Source of the DNA: Octopus sinensis
Taxonomy: Eukaryota
Assembly: GCF_006345805.1 (NCBI RefSeq)
Contig: NC_043001.1
Location: 45,136,001 to 45,200,000, forward strand
Direction: 5' to 3'
DNA length: 64,000 nucleotides
The notes under the pieces were generated by a model. The model was not told the origin of the DNA. It worked only from the letters and a program-made list of their open reading frames with translations, and did not search any database. The position numbers and the translations under genes are program-made. This document shows positions 52,661 through 64,000 of this stretch, in pieces; the first letter of the stretch is position 1; each line of letters begins with the position of its first letter.

Positions 52661-53446
52661 AACCCCATAAACCAGCTAACAAGCCAGTCCCTTAATAAGA
52701 CAGGAAGGGAATGAAGTTAGCACTTTACAATCAAGAGAATGAAGTCACTCTTGAAATGCACACATGCGCACACACACATATATACATACACATGCTACAC
52801 AAATACCAGCCTGTGGTTGTTCATTATGGACCTCACTGTATACTTTCAATTATTGTGTATGCACATAAGTACATACATGCACACACATCTTTTGTCTTTT
52901 ACTCGTTTCAGTCATGGGCCTGCAGCTGTGCTGGGACACTACCTTGTAGAATTTTAGTTGGATGAAACGACCCCAGTATCTATATTATTCTAAGCTTGAT
53001 ACCTATTCTGTTGGTCTCTTTTGATGAACTACAAAGTTACAGGAACACAAACACATAAAAACCAGTTGTCAAGTAGTGGCAGGCGACAAACACAGACTCA
53101 AAAACATACATACATTACACACACACACACACATACACTTGAAGGTACCAGACCTAGTGTTTAGAGTGATGCATTCACAATCACAAAATCATGGTTTTGG
53201 TTCTCAAACCAGTGATGCATTGTATTCTTGAGCAAAACATTTCCTTTCACATTACTCCAGTCCACTCAGCTGTAAATGGTAATCCAGTGTTGGACTAGCA
53301 TTCCATTCACAGGGAATGTAGGCCTTTCCACGTAGCCAGAGGTGATGGCAGCATTCAAAAGCTACAGCAATACGAGGAAGTGCATTGTGACCAGCAGTGT
53401 ATAACAATATCCAATAGTCTAGTCAATATGATGATATAGACACAGT

Positions 53447-53685
53447 AAGATTGCCAGCATCGGTCCGTTGCCAGCATCGCCTGGCCCCGTGCCGGTGACA
53501 TGTAAAAGCACCATCCGTTCGTGGCCGTTCGCCAGCTCTGTCTGGCACCTGTGCAGGTGGCACGTAAAAAACACCCACTACACTCGCGGAGTGGTTGTCG
53601 TTAGGAAGGGCATCCAGCCGTAGAAACACTGCCAGATCTGACTGGGCCGCCTGACGAAGCCTTCCAGCTTCACAGACCCCAGTTG
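53447..53685 (+). mobile_element. Second, truncated copy of the tandem-unit SINE (about two units)
   Basis: Shares GGTGGCACGTAAAAAACACCCACTACACTC and TTAGGAAGGGCATCCAGCCGTAGAAACACTGCCAGATC. Confidence 0.8.
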
Positions 53686-54419
53686 TGATACATGTTTCAT
53701 CAATGGAAATAACTACTCAAATACAACAATAATATGAGAAATATTTAGATTGATAAATGACATTGATAAAGATGATATTTCCATAATTATGATAAATGAA
53801 AACAATTATTTATAAGATAGCACATGAAACAATCAGTTTTTATGAGCATTCTCATATGATTCAATCCCTAATGAAATGCCAACAGATCCTTGAAAAATAC
53901 CACCTGTTTTGTTTTTCCATGATAATGCTAACTAAGTACATTACATTTTTAAAATTTTACATTCTCACTCATTTTCAATAATCCACATTTACACACTATC
54001 TCCATCTGGCTCACAAAAGATTGTTCTTGTATGAACACATTCAAATCCAGCTCATTAAAATATTGTTTTACCAATTTTCCACTTTTCTTTATGCTTTTAA
54101 CTCTGAATATTGAAGAGGTTCCTGTGCTTTTTAATCATATTTTGAAGCAATGTGAAATTTGCAAATAAGCTCAAATGTAAATATTGCTATAAATGTAGCT
54201 AATGAAGTAAAAAATCTCTTGCATAGAAAAAAATAATGGACAAATTCATCCTTGGGAACTGAACCTTGCACCTACCATAGACCAGCAGCTGTTTGGTTTA
54301 CAACAGACCTAAATTAAAATATGATTGAAGATGTTTAAGCTCCAAGCCAGACTTGATCCAGCAGCCCTATGACCAAAAGCATTTTAGTTATAAACATTAG
54401 AGTCTAAGAAGTGGTTATA

Positions 54420-54700
54420 TCTGGACACAAGTTGACTTCCACCAAACAATTTATAAATTCTCCAGGCCTAACATGTCCAAACTCGGACATCTGAAGTTCC
54501 AAATGAGATATTGTTGAAATATCTAAGTATGTCAATGATATCTAGTACAACTGACAACAAATGAAACTCAAGTGATGCAACGTGCTCCAGACTAGACAGG
54601 TGTTGCTTTCTTATCACTTCAACTTCATGTAGCAATAATAGTATATAGAATGACACACCTACTTTCACTAATGAATCTTAAGGTACACCCTCAAATCCAT
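54420..54700 (-). mobile_element. Decayed LINE reverse-transcriptase fragment
   Basis: Minus strand EGVP*DS (decayed GVPQGS), followed by VASLEFHLLSVV...YFNN, the post-YADD region of APE-type LINEs. Confidence 0.5.
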
Positions 54701-54930
54701 TTCAAGCATTTCTTTGAGTTTTTAGGAAAAACAGTTTATTCTACACTGATCTGTCCACTTGGTATTACAGTAGAAACAGGTACCAGAAAAATTCTCTAGA
54801 AATATCATTGTTGATAGACATAGGACCCAGCCTAAAGGAAGATCTAATTTCTATCAGTTTAAGCCATGAAACCAGTGCTATAGCTGTTGCAAGTATTTTG
54901 AAGACTGAAAAGTATTTCTACTGAGTGAAG

Positions 54931-54967
<37 letters not shown>

Positions 54968-55521
54968 CACAGAAGAGAGAGATAGAGGAGGAGAGGGGGA
55001 GAGACAGAGAGAGGTATGTTGATGTACCATAAGAAGAAACATCTAACATTTTGGATAGGGGTATTTACTAAAAAATGAATGGGAGTTAGGAAGTTGAGAC
55101 AAAAAAAGAATATGGACCACAACAGAGCTGGTTTTGGCTAGAGCTCCAATTACGCGTGACCTTATCAGTAGAGGTGGTGCTGTAAAGATCAGGGAAACCA
55201 CCATAACTATTCTCCTTTTCTTCATGCTATATAATAGTAATAACATATACAAAAAGAAAAAAGAAAAAAAGAGTAAAAATGATTTATTCCAATATTTACA
55301 TAGCTCCTCTATTGCCTAGTCAGGTTCAAAAACCTAGCTGGTTAATAGTAATGAAGTACAAAGACCCATTTTTCCCCAAACATTGTGTATGGAGTAGGGT
55401 ACTGCATGCAATTTCTTAATGAAAGATAAGAAAGAGGAAGATAATTAGATGTATATATGACTATTGGTGTGAGAGTAAGCAGGTCCCGTGTGGAATATAT
55501 AATTACGGCAATATATTTAGA

Positions 55522-55578
<57 letters not shown>

Positions 55579-58500
55579 CATATATACATACATACACACA
55601 TACATACACACACACACACACACACATATATATACACCTATGGATAAAAAATGTCTATGTTTGAGTGTATATATGTGTGTATATACATGTATTTAGTGCT
55701 CGTGTGTGTGTGTTTCTATCTAAATGCCTGTGTTTGTATGTGTATGTGCACATGGGAGAGAGAAAGAGAGAGAGAGAGCAAGAAAGGCTGAATGACAGAA
55801 GAAAGGTCATATGGAAAATACATCAATATCAATGAGAAAAAAAGCAAACAGATTTCCTTCCTCCACCCCACACTTGTGTGTGAGAGAGAGGGGGGATGGG
55901 AGGGGAGAGAGAGATCAACCAAGTTCATCAGGATTCAAGTTACAGATCTGTTTACACAAAATCACACAACCTCTACCCACCAGTCTTGACCAACTAAAGA
56001 TTGTCCCCTGCTCCCTTTAAGATAAATTTTCAGTGCGACTCAAGTTACGCACATAGTTTTACCTACCAACAAAATTTTCACAAAATACATCTTGAGATTC
56101 ACCTCAAATAGTAAAACAGTAATGGAGTCAAAAATATATACATTAAATAATTCCTTAGCTATGGTGTGTGTTTGCAAAAAACCTTAAGACCCTCTTGTAT
56201 TATCATTCATGCAATAAAAGGTACCATAAGACATACACAGCATAGTTAGCTACTTTCTTTCTGAGATGAAGGGATACTGACAAAGATAGAGACAAAAGAA
56301 TTCAGGGAGATGGAGATAAAGGACTTTGGAGAGAGGTCTGGTCAGAAGAAGAACAGGAACAGGTTGCACAGCAAGATGAGAAGCCATAGTATATAGTGTA
56401 GGTGACAAATCTAAGAGAGTAGTAACTTAATAAGAACTGATACAGAACAGAAGGGTCTCCTGCAGAGAACAACTTCTATAGTGACAGTATCATGATAAAA
56501 TCTCACAACATATTCTGTAAAGTGGTTAACATCCAGACACAGAAGTCATGCTATTAAAAACAGAATGTATGAGCAAGATAGACTGCACAAGCCACACCAT
56601 TTAGCAGAGAAATAACTCTATGTAAGAACATACAGAGAAGATGGGACTTTTCAGTTTTGAATGGGAAAATGCCTTCAAAGTTGAAAAGGTGATAAAATGC
56701 ACCCAGTTCACACAATAAGATATACACAACAGCTGAGGCCTGGGTTCACTAACATTTTGTTAGTATAGTTTGGTAGACAAACATTGTGTTGCAGCCCATT
56801 GTGTGTGTGTGTGTCTTTTGTTTTATACTGGCAAAGGCTGTAAAACTAGTGCTCTTGAATGCCCACCAAATTTACAGTTGTTCCCTCATCACTCTCACAA
56901 TCAGAGATGCAATGAACCAGTGACTGCCCTACTGGAAGCTATTCATAACTAAAATGCAATATAAAAATAAAAACAATATTTAGAAATGGTGTTTTATGGT
57001 ACTCCAGAAGCACCAATGTTTTAACAGTTTGTCATAAAAAGAAAACTAAATGTCATCATTCAATGCAGCTCATTACAATGTTAGAAATTCTATACAGTAA
57101 AAAAGAGGAATCTATAACTGTTAGCTTTTTGACAGCTGATAACAACTAATTAGTCTTTTGAGAAGTGGAGTGTAAATATTGATTCTTTACCCAGTCATAA
57201 GATCATAAATTATAGTGGAGAAAAATAGAATTAGTATGATGTCCATATGTTTGTTGGTAGACATATATCTGTAACCTAACCAAAAGTGTCTGTCAAAGAT
57301 TAGGTTCTCTTTTCAAGATCAGAAACTATTTCAGCTCTGAACACTGGCTGACACTATTGTTAAGTATGCCTGCTCCATACTGAAGTACTCCTCACATAAC
57401 TTGATATCAATGATGCAACACATCTTAGATTGCATCCCAATTATAAGCCATTCAACAACTTGCTTCAAACATGGATCTATTGCTGCTGTTGCTGCTGCTG
57501 CTACTACTACTACTACTACTACAGTTTCTGTTCATATGAACAAGCAAGCTGCATACTATGTCATGTACTTACTTTTCCTCCTTTTATCCCATTCTCAAAA
57601 ACTTACACCAAACCCTTCACTCAAATGTTATTCCTGGAGCTTTGATCTCACAAAACTCCCTACCCTGTTCATGATTCCCCTCCCTATATATATCACATCA
57701 TGCAGGAATTTAAGCCAAACAGAAGCTGTATCAACCTCAGTGGTATGGGGAAGCCTTCACAAGAAATGGACATTACTCCCCTCTCCTTTGACTAAATTAT
57801 AAAACAAGAGTAGCAAAAATGAAGTGAATTGGTTTTGAAGTTTCTACGTGGTTGGATGAACACTTTCACATAGTGCATCCTATCAACTTAACTCAAGAGT
57901 AAGTTCTCAGGGTCACTGCAGTTGACAGAGCTAAAAGCAGACAAAAATGTCACTACCAGCAGCTTACACTACAGGAGACAAGTTTCTGTAACAACAATTT
58001 TTAACTTAGGTGCAAAGCCACAAATTTAGATGGAAGGTACAGTGGATGAAATAGACTCTAGTACTTCATTGATCACAGAAGGATGAAAGGCAAAGTTGAC
58101 TTTAGTGGTATTTGTGCATACAACCAACAGCCTATTGGACCTATTACTACAATATGAAAGATAGTCTGATCCATATCTTCTGATCTCACCTACACAATCC
58201 TTCTCAATATTTTACGCAGACCCCCTACATAGACAGGATATTCCTGCACTTGGTTATTAACATATGGAGCAAACATATGGAAGTTGCAATTATAATCATT
58301 TTAGTTGATGAAATACAAACTTCCACAAACATCTGTGACTGTCTTTCTTGTAACTGTAGTAAACCAATCAAACCCCTTTCAGTTCAAATGCCAAATATCT
58401 AAATACATTTTATGAAAATTTTTTTGAAATTAGAAAGGTCAAGATATGAATCCCAGAATTGCAGAATTTTAACTTGAATAATCTGTCTTTATTTAAATTT

Positions 58501-58905
58501 GCATGTAGTTTGGGTGTTTGGCTAACAATCACAATGCCATGGGTTTGATTCTTGAACCAGGCAGCATGTTGTGTCCTTAAGCAAAGCACTTATTTCAAAT
58601 TTCTTTAGCCTACTCAGCAGTAAATGAGCACTAACTAGGTGTTGATGTATCTCCCCCCCCCCTTTCTCCCTCCATCTGCCCCTCCCTCCACCTTCAACTC
58701 TCACATTCTGGATGTGCTGCTGGGCCAAATGTGAGGGGACTGAGAAGGTGTCCATGTCTGCTTACACCTACAGAGGTACCTAAATTAGTGAGAACATAGT
58801 ATGTGTTATAGGAGTCACACTTGCTCTTGAGTGATGGCTTATACTGTACTGAACTTTGCATGCTGAATAAGTGAGTTAAATAAATATCTGCTTTTCACTG
58901 CTTAC

Positions 58906-59003
58906 TACACCAAAAACTATACGAAATGCAACTGGGTTAGGTGAAATTCTATTCCTTTGATTGTTAAACATGTAAGTTTTCTCTTGGAGTTTTAATCTAC
59001 TAG
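58906..59003 (-). CDS. Internal coding exon (98 nt, phase 1 to phase 0): SRLKLQEKTYMFNNQRNRISPNPVAFRIVFGV
   Basis: Acceptor ATAATTTCAATTCAG and donor |GTAAGC flank an open frame with a protein-like RISPNPVAF motif; same strand as the other exons. Confidence 0.6.
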
Positions 59004-59953
59004 CTGAATTGAAATTATATATATTTAAATTCCTTATATAGAAATGCTTCTTATTTGCTGTCTTTAAATTTTTGGCAGGAGAAAACACTGTTTTTGGTGT
59101 ACATGCACCAGTTGCTTTGGAAAAGGCATAGAAAAGAACTAAAAGGGTTTCTTTTCAAGGAATAGTACCCTAATAAATCTAAAGATCCACATTTGGGATC
59201 AAGATTTGCCAGTACAGATATTTTCTAGCATTAGCAGAAGCTCCCAAAATCAGTACTTAACTAGTATTAGAGAGCCTCTACACAGGCAACTGACCTGTGA
59301 GAAATAGCAGCAACCAAAAGATTCTTCAAATCACACCATAGTACTTTTTTTTCTAAAGTAAAAAACAATCAATTGGATATTGTGGAGCTGGTTGCTCTGT
59401 ACTCAGAGAAAAGACAGGATGATTGTAACTGAAATGCCTTTGATTATAGGTCTGCTCAATCAGGACTAATTTGGGGGTAAACAACAATAACACCAGAAGC
59501 ATTAAAGATAAAATTGATAACAGAACTTGGAATCAAAAAGCATAACATGACAGTCTGTTGAGAATTTTTTGTTTGTCTAATGCTCTACTAACTTTGCCAT
59601 CCACATAATAATAATTGTATCCTTTCTCTTTAAGGTGTGTGAAACTCCTTTTTAGAGTATTGGTTGAATAGATAAATCATACCTTGCAGGGCCCTTATCT
59701 GATACAAAAAGCATTTAGCAACCTCCAAAATGAGACAAGATGGAAAGAGAAGATGGTTTCTACACATTTTTACAAGGGGGAGGGGTTAGTTAAATGGATA
59801 AGCATGATAACCAAACTATGGATGGAAGATAATATGTTAGACCCTAAATTGCCAGAGGGTCCTTCCAGTCAACTACACTTGGCTGAGCCAGAGATATTCT
59901 AGATAATTGTTTTATGTGTGTATATGTAAATTGTGTATCTCTATATGTAAACA

Positions 59954-59986
<33 letters not shown>

Positions 59987-60963
59987 ATTTGCTGGAGTAT
60001 CAGAAATGTTTCCATCATTATATATTTGCTTGTGTATTTGATAAGTGTCATACCTAAACAGTTTGCACTGAAAAGTCCCCTCTCAGAAAGTGGGGGGAGG
60101 CAATATTTTGCAATATATAACCTGAAGATTAGAACATCTGTCTATGTGATGAGTGGGTAGTGTATTTTAAAGAAATGTCAAGTATCATTTCATTTTGAGG
60201 CATCCCACTCCTAAACCTTCTCTCGCCCATATTAGATGGATTTCTTTTACTTTATTTTGTACTGTGTGAGAAATGAGTTATTGTTATAAACAGAAGTTTC
60301 CTATTTTAAAAAGAGGTGAAAATGAGTGGGAGGGGGAGTGAGAGACTTGAGAGAAAATATGAATTCTTGAAAAGTTAATTTCATTTGGGAACAAATGGTA
60401 GTGTGTGAAAGAGAGAGACAGTTGGTAGAGTGTTAGGACAAAGTACATAGTGATCTTTGGTTATGTCCTTTTTACATCTTGTCACTATATACTCTTAAAG
60501 CTAGGTGCTCCAGCATAGCCGCAGTCCAATGACTGAAAGCAGGACACAAATAAAAGAGAAAAAATAGATGGCAAAACTTTTTGCTGCGTGGTAGGTAGTA
60601 TGTAGAATGTTTGAGAGGGAACAGGGCCCCACCCCGATAAGAAAAAGAAATGGATGAAACAATAAACAATAAAGATGGGAAGAAGAAGCAGGGAGTAGTG
60701 TTGAGCAGGTACAGAAAACAGCTGGAAATGTTTAAGAGAAGTGTCTTATGTGGTGTGACAACACAAGTGACAAGACTGAAGATATATACACACACACACA
60801 CACACGCACATACATAACATTAAGTGAAAAATAAAAAGGTTAACCAAGGAAAGTAGTTACTCATATCAGACACCCAAAAGTGCCTGTCTCTTGTAAATAA
60901 ACTTTAGTTCTTCAATGTCTTTGAAAGATTCTAAAAGTACCAAGATCTACTGCTACCATTTAA

Positions 60964-61183
60964 CTCTTTAGCATTTAAAATAGCCATATCTGGCCCAAAT
61001 ATTCTACCCTCTTTATGTTCTTAGTGGTTAAATCTAGCCTCTCACACCTATCTGACAATGTCGTTCTTAAAATAAACAATCACATCATTAAAATCTCGAA
61101 GCTGTGAGATAATGTATGATGAACTCAAAAGAATGCGAACAAATATTTATTACATTTGACAGAATAATCTGAATGCTAAAGGA
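60964..61183. mobile_element. piggyBac-type MITE, copy 3
   Basis: TTAA-CTCTTTAGCATTT...TACATTTGACAGAATAATCTGAATGCTAAAGG; same family as copies 1 and 2. Confidence 0.7.
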
Positions 61184-62409
61184 TAAGATGATAAAATAAC
61201 AAAATGAATAAACAAATAAAAGATAATTATTTGGCTAAATTGCAATGCATTTGCAGAATTGACAGGGTGATGAAGAAAATACTTTGTGGTACTTAGCTAC
61301 GTAACTGCATTCTGAGATCAAAACACACCCAAGTCAACTTTACTTATCTATCCAGGGTTGATAAAATAATGTGCCAGTTAAGATTGATATAACTGCCCAT
61401 AACCCTCCCCCCAAGAAAAGTGAAACATTGTACCTGTTAGAAATCATTGCTAGAAATAATAATGATTGATTGATTGATTGATTGATGTAATGGCAGAGTC
61501 ATTAAAAAGTTGGACGAAATATCAAATGGTATATGTTCTAGTTCATTAAATTCTGTGTTCAAATCCTTCTAAGATAAATTTCACTTTTCATTATTCTAGT
61601 GTTGATAAGTGGATGGATTAGTCAATGGTATTGACTCACCCATCATTTTGAAATTGTTGGCCTTGTGTTTCAATTAGAAACTTTTTTCCTCTCTAATTGA
61701 GAGAAAACATCACTGTAACACTTCTTTCAGCATTTACTGAAAGTGTTCAAAAAGAGCTTTGCAACTTTGAAATTGGTGATCAAATATTGAAAGTTTACAG
61801 TACATCAACCTAAAGGAGTAGCCATCATATATAAAGCTAGTAACTCTAATCATTGTTTATTGTTAGGTGTGGTTATAAAGATACAGCTATGTGCATGCAA
61901 ATGATCTGGCTTCAATTTCAGTTGAATGGGAGTCAACCTTGCTGGAACAGTGAAAACAATAGCATTAGAAACAGTTCAATAGTAGAAAAAAATAACTATT
62001 TAGTTATTTTCTCTTTACCTGTCTACTTGCTTCTCTCATTCGATCTTAATGAACAATAACAATCTATATGTCGGAGAACATTGATTAACAATGTATTAAT
62101 TGAACATGTTTTCTCTTATTGATGTGATGGTAAAGAGCATAGGGTATCAAAGAAAACAAGAAAATATGTAAGAAGTAATTTCTCTTTCCATGTTATACAA
62201 ATACCATCAAATTGGAAAAAGAAATGTTTCTAACATTGGTACAAGTTTTGAAATTAAGGTGGTGGTGGTGATGGTAAATCAATCAAATCAGCCTGAGTAT
62301 TTGATTAGTACTTTATTTTACTGACCCCAAAGAAATGAAAAGCCAAGTTGTTCTCAGAGGGATTTGACCTCAGAACATAAAGAGACATAACAAAATACTA
62401 TAGAATAAT

Positions 62410-62670
62410 AATTTCTTCTAACTTTAGAAGGCCAGAAATTTTAAGAGGAGGTAGCAAGTTGATAACATCAATCTCATTACTTCATTGGTACATTATTTTA
62501 TTGACTCTGAAAGGATGAAAGGCAAAATTGACCTTGGTGGGATTTGAACTCAGAATGTAGCAACAGGCCGAAACCAATAAAAGATAAATAAATAAATAAA
62601 AAATGGGAGAAATGCTACTAAGCATTTTGTCTGGTGCTCTAATGATTCTGCCAGCTCACTGCCTTAAATA
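62410..62670 (-). mobile_element. Copy of the abundant SINE family; a second decayed copy adjoins at ~62230-62390
   Basis: GGATGAAAGGCAAAATTGACC...GGATTTGAACTCAGAA...ATTCTGCCAGCTCACTGCC. Confidence 0.75.
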
Positions 62671-63220
62671 ATATAAAATACTAACAACTAATATGTGTTC
62701 ACATTGGACCAAAAAGAGAGTGCACTTAAACACACTCACAAAAAGGCTAAGAGTTTGGTTGAATATCTAAATGAAATTTCATCCAGTATTGAATAATTAA
62801 TATCAGATTCCCACAGGAGGTATTCAGATACATTCTAACCCAGTTTTGCCTCATGTAACATGAATAAAAAAATAAGTAAATAAAAATAAAGTAAATAAAT
62901 AAATGAATCAATAAAATTCACTATTTGGTAAAAAAAGGTTGTTAAAAGGGCAAATTTTACCTTTATTTACACAAATTAATGGGGTATATTATTTCTTAAG
63001 GTTTCTTCTTTTTCCCTTCTTATACTCCAACAAACACATATCCGCATACATATATACAAATAGAAATACATAGTATACTAAGATAGTCAATAGGTGCTGT
63101 TAACAGGGCATCTGTCCCATGCTAGTCTGGCAGTGTTTGGGCTGCTCCTGCAGGTGGTGAATATGATCAACATTAAACAAGTAATTTTGTTCCCAAAGAA
63201 AATTAGGTAGGTAGGCAGGT

Positions 63221-63262
<42 letters not shown>

Positions 63263-64000
63263 TGCGTGCGTGCGTGCGTGTGTGCACACCCTTTGTCTAT
63301 CTTTGGCATCTATATGTGGGGCTATGGATCTGCACCTGGAAAGGTTTGCATTGATCTGTGTTGCTAGAGCAAGGTAAAATGATAGTGGACTGTATGAAAG
63401 ACCAATAACTGCCAATGCAACAGGTCTCCCTTTTCCATGCTACTGATGATTTTCATCAAGGGAAGACAAGTACCAATACAGTTTGGTATTGGTGTCATTA
63501 CAAGAGATGTCAAAACAAAGTTGACAATATGAGACTAGCTCGGGAACTCTAGTTTTTGATTTATAGTCACATAGATAGACCACAGTAAAATATAATTAGT
63601 GGTAAAAATCAAAGCAGACTTAGTGGGGTTTAAATGCAAAACTCAGATAGTTGGAACACATACAGCTAAGTATTTTGTACATATTCTTTACACTCAAAAT
63701 TCAAATCTCATGAAGGTCAAATTTGCTTTCCTATCCTTCCAGGACTGATAAAAGAAAAAGAAAATCAGGCTTTGTACCAAACAAGTGCAGGCATACCCCA
63801 GTTTGCCTTTTTTTTGAGTGATGTCATTTCTAATTTTACATCATTTTCAATGAATTTAATGGAAAAACAAAACTGCAGCTTCAGTCAATTTATCTGACTT
63901 TACGTCAAGCACAGCAAAAATATTTAAAAGAATAAAAAAAGCAACTAAAAACTAATAGTGAAGAGGAAAATCAAATACAATACATGTTAGAATATGCATA

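Noticed and set aside
55043-55252. GC-richer segment with acceptor CTTTACAG on the minus strand
   Set aside because: Closed in phase 0, which is needed after exon 58906, and no good donor.
60873-60930. Possible upstream exon ESFKDIEELKFIYKRQALL
   Set aside because: Open only with a poor donor (GTGTCT); the better donor lies after a stop.
62019-62063. Strong donor CAG|GTAAAG with a nearby acceptor
   Set aside because: All three frames are closed across the 45 nt; could only be UTR and there is no other support.

Overview
Eukaryotic, strongly AT-rich genomic DNA dense in microsatellites and tRNA-derived SINEs. The repeat repertoire looks like an octopus (coleoid cephalopod) genome; this is inferred from recognised SINE families, not from a search. 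The window appears to lie inside one large minus-strand gene. I can support a ~3.7 kb coding exon (about 20191/19985 to 16447), two well-bounded small exons (59003-58906, 46819-46656), a probable alternative first coding exon (41343-41168) and two weaker candidates (30427-30361, 20685-20662). The peptide motifs recall invertebrate CAP/SORBS (sorbin and SH3 domain) adaptors, but no SoHo or SH3 exon is visible, so this is tentative. The rest is intron filled with transposon relics: a 5'-truncated R4/Dong RLE-type LINE inside a (TAA)n tract, a Penelope-like RT-end/GIY-YIG fragment fused to a Helitron-like element, Tc1/mariner, piggyBac and hAT-type MITEs and remnants, decayed LINE fragments and many SINE copies in both orientations. 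The most unusual structure is a ~500 bp palindrome (29163-29666): two head-to-head units, each a tRNA-like Pol III head, an (AAT)n spacer and a Penelope-type minimal hammerhead ribozyme. Also notable is an NPF-motif repeat array encoded in the giant exon. No CRISPR array, rRNA or genuine tRNA gene was found.
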